In this document: piece by piece, positions 49,140-64,000 of the stretch
Position numbering within the stretch: position 1 is the stretch's first letter
How the letters are laid out: every line of letters starts with the position of its first letter
From: Macrostomum hystrix
Taxonomy: Eukaryota > Animalia > Platyhelminthes
Length of the DNA stretch: 64,000 bases
Assembly (NCBI GenBank): GCA_950097015.1
Contig: CATNEN010000039.1
Coordinates: 14,446,001 to 14,510,000 of the forward strand
Direction of reading: 5' to 3'
The notes under the pieces: model-generated
What the model was told of the DNA's origin: nothing
What the model saw: the letters and a program-made list of their open reading frames with translations, nothing else
Database searches by the model: none
Translations under genes and position numbers: made by a program

Positions 49140-51257
49140 CACAGGAAGAGTGGCAAAAGTACTCGAACCAGCAACAAAGTCGACAACAAGGTCAATAAAA
49201 TTGCTTTGAGCAGGAAAGTAGCAAAAGTTTATTAATTCCCCCAGCAGGCTGCCAAACGTGGGCGTCAATCCTGAAAATTTCGACCCATTCAGTGTTCCGA
49301 CTTCGCTCTCCAATTGTCTGTCATGTTTCACGCACGCGGTGCACACAAAGAAATCCAGAAGCAGAGGGAAGAAGAAAAAATGCGTGCTTCCGCTGGTTGC
49401 AGGGGTCGCGGGTATAGAGAAAGTGACTGTCAGAGGTCGCGATTGCTGTTGCTCTGCTTTCAGGCCAGTTTAGTTTCCCATTCCTATTCACCCCGCCCCA
49501 GCTGAGATTCTCCTTTCTCTCTCTCTTTCCCCTCATCAGATCCCTCTGAAATGTCTCGCTTTGGAATAATTCTGATTGGCCAGCAGGAATTTACATTCGG
49601 GGCAGGGGTGTGAAAGGAAAGTGAGGGGTCGCCATTGTGCTTGGGAGACATGAAATGTGAAGAGAGCTTAAAAAGTGTCGCCATGAAAAATCTCAGGCCA
49701 TCCAAGCAGTTTAAACGGCAATTTAAAAAACTCATACAATAGCTATAAAAAGTTTACTTCAAAGTTGTCACTTCAATCAACAAAAATCTTCATTTAACTT
49801 CATTTAACTAAAACCAAACCAACGAATTGACCGCGCCTAGAAATAAGGTTACGAATATTTTCAATACTTTCTTTTGTGATCAGCTTGAACTAACAAATTA
49901 ATATCGAGCACGGCCTGAGCTGTCGGGGTCTGATCGATAAGGCGACAGAGAGGATCAGAAATATGTGGATGTCTGGTGGCAACTCCATACAGATGCAGGC
50001 CGCGGCGGGGCTGCGCAAACCTAGGTGAGTTTTATGGGGTTGATAAATTATAGCTTTTGTAGGTTGCCTTCGTTATTCAATACATATGGAAAACTGTTTT
50101 GAGGAAGAAACACGCGAATAGGAAGAGACGCTACTGATTACAAATATAATATGCTTTATATGAGTATTTAGTACTCTACATTTAGTCCGTGTTGTCTATG
50201 CGTTTAGTGAGTGTGATACGATATGTACACATTTCTTAAATGATAACGGAAGATCTATACTGATTCTGTCTGTTATTTTTATCGACACAGATGTTTTCAA
50301 ACTCAGCATTTTTATCCAAAAATTCTTTTTAAAATCTAAATCTGACTTCAAAACTGACTCGCGTTTACCTACTAATAATGAACATGTTTCTCTCGCTCGG
50401 ATTTATGGTCTAAAATTTCTAAAAACAAAAAAGCGCTTGCAGTATTCACAGTCTCTGTCCCACCTCTCTGTCTGGGGATGCCTTGAAAATCGATATTGGC
50501 GTATTTCAGGGGAAGTTGCCACTGGGAGAGAAATGATGCGAAGCTGCTCGCAACCCCTCATACATGGCTTCTCCCGTGTGCTTCTAGGAGAGCAGGGCCT
50601 GATGGTAGATGAATGAAAGCACCTTCTGCATGGCTTGGAACAGGTGCGGGCAGACTTTGGGCTGGCAAATGTTTGCCCAGCAAGCCTGCAGTTGCTAAGG
50701 ACGCTTCTGGCATATCGCCCACCCCATCCAACCCATGCAGCTTCATCGGTCCTTGCCTGCCTCGCTTGCGGGCCAAACAGCACGCGCGGTCTTTGGTTAA
50801 AGTGCCCGTATCCTCAGTTAGTAAATCCTTCTAAAACAGGTGAAAAGCACCTGTTTTTCAATATCATTTTGATCCTCAAATCATGGTTAAATTTGAGTCC
50901 TGAAATGTCATTAGAATTCCTTATTTGACATGTCGCTAAAAATAGGCTATAAATACACTAAGCATGTTTTGACGGGCATTGTAAAACAGACAAGGACCAC
51001 TCGATCTTAATTAGAGAAATTTCGAAATGTTCTTATGAAGACGTGTTTTGGTTCCACTCGTTTTCTATGGGGGGGCAATTAATAAACCGGATGACTCTCT
51101 TGCTTGTCAATGTAGATCTCACTGTCCTTTTATTCAATGAGTTCAGGTTGTTACTAATGAGCCTAGAACTCTAACATTCGAATTGTTGTCAGGTAACTGT
51201 TGTTTGTATGAAATAGCAAACATACAATCTAACGAATCATGGCCGTAGCTAGAATAA

Positions 51258-62696
<11,439 letters not shown>

Positions 62697-62972
62697 AGCC
62701 AAGGACTCGAGCAGTTCTTACCAGAATGCTTGAACTGGAACTAAAATTATCACTGAGGCAATCTTCGGTTTAAAAAATGCTTTTCTTTAATTATTCTGTA
62801 TTCGATTTTTTGTAAAATAGCAATTATAATTGCAGCTAATTTGGCATGTCAGATATGGAAACAGTAAATTGGAATATATATTAAAGATGTTCGATTCTGT
62901 ATGACATTGGAAGAGCGCTGACGAGAAAAATGATGCACTGTACTACCCCTTTCTCCACAATTCATTAACGAT

Positions 62973-63372
62973 GCCATTCCCCCACCACCCCAGTCCCCTC
63001 CACCGCATTACCCCACCACCCCATTCCTCCACCACCCCATTCCTCCTCTACCCCATTCCTCCACTACCCCATTCCTCCTCTACCCCATTCCTCCACTACC
63101 CCATTCCCCCACTACCCCGTTCCTCCACCACCCTATACCCCACCACCCCATACCCCACCACCCCATTCCGCCACCACCCCATTCCCCCACCACCCCATTC
63201 ACCTACCACCCCATTCCGCCACCACCCCATTCCCCCACCACCCCATTCCTCCACCACCCCATTCCGCCACCACCCCATTCCCCCACCACCCCATTCACCT
63301 ACCACCCCATTCCCCCCACCACCCCATTCCCCCAACACCCCATTCCCCCACCACCCCATTCCGCCACCACCC
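62973..63372. repeat. C-rich repeat 3' of CDKL (G-quadruplex potential on the minus strand)
   Basis: ccaccccattcc units. Confidence 0.9.
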
Positions 63373-64000
63373 TACGTGTCGCAGCGAGGCATGAAAAAAT
63401 ATTTCTTACATAGTGTTTTAGTGCATTTTGGTGCCTACAATAGATAATTAACTTATCAATTTTCGACAAGAACTAATTGCTTACTTGCTTATCAATTCCT
63501 TATAAGATCAGACAGATGATGCTCTAATTATATTTGAATTACCAGCATCCATCTTCATTGTAAAGTTATCTTCGCTGCAATATTTTCACTAAAAATCTGA
63601 CAATCTATTTATTTGTTTGACGATAATTTAATTTTTATCAAAAAGAACTCTGTTAATTAGCATAATAATTAGGATTTTTGTTTTGCAGATTCGCTTTACT
63701 ATTTTTAGAAGCAGTTATTTTCTCAGGGAGTGAAATATCCTCACTAGCCGGAACTGTTGCAAAAATTATTTCACAGCTGAAAGAACAGGCAACTGTTCCA
63801 TATTTTCTACTTCTAGTAGTGTGCAATCGGTGTGCAGGAATGCAAAAACTATAACGCCTAGATTGTTTTGTTAAAACGCGACGGACAAAACACACGTGTT
63901 TTTCGTGTGTCATAATGATCTCTAAATAAATTTTAAAACCAATGGCAAACGTTAAATTCATTTTAAATGACTTGATGAAGTATAATTATACCAAATTTAA

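Overview
Eukaryotic (metazoan) genomic DNA. The gene style, poly-Q/A/P-rich proteins, minisatellite-filled introns and operon-like layout suggest a free-living flatworm such as Macrostomum (inference). Six spliced genes can be reconstructed by hand with GT-AG junctions and consistent phases: a TRERF1/ZNF541-like C2H2-ELM2-SANT factor (-), a tight co-oriented BUD31 -> PPIL4 -> DDX28 cluster (-), CFAP95/C9orf135 (-) and a CDKL1-like kinase (+). About 30% of the window is about 25 unrelated minisatellite arrays (approximate boundaries) in introns, spacers and UTRs, and these produce most long ORFs in the track. Mobile DNA includes two tRNA-derived SINE families, three MITE families, CACTA and MULE relics, an RTE-X-like LINE relic and Gypsy fragments with two opposed LTRs. 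The most notable candidate is a spliced-leader trans-spliced operon. Its last gene (DDX28) has no genomic start codon, and its first exon is in frame with the AUG that ends flatworm spliced leaders, which would create a mitochondrial presequence. A CpG-eroded region upstream may mark the outron.
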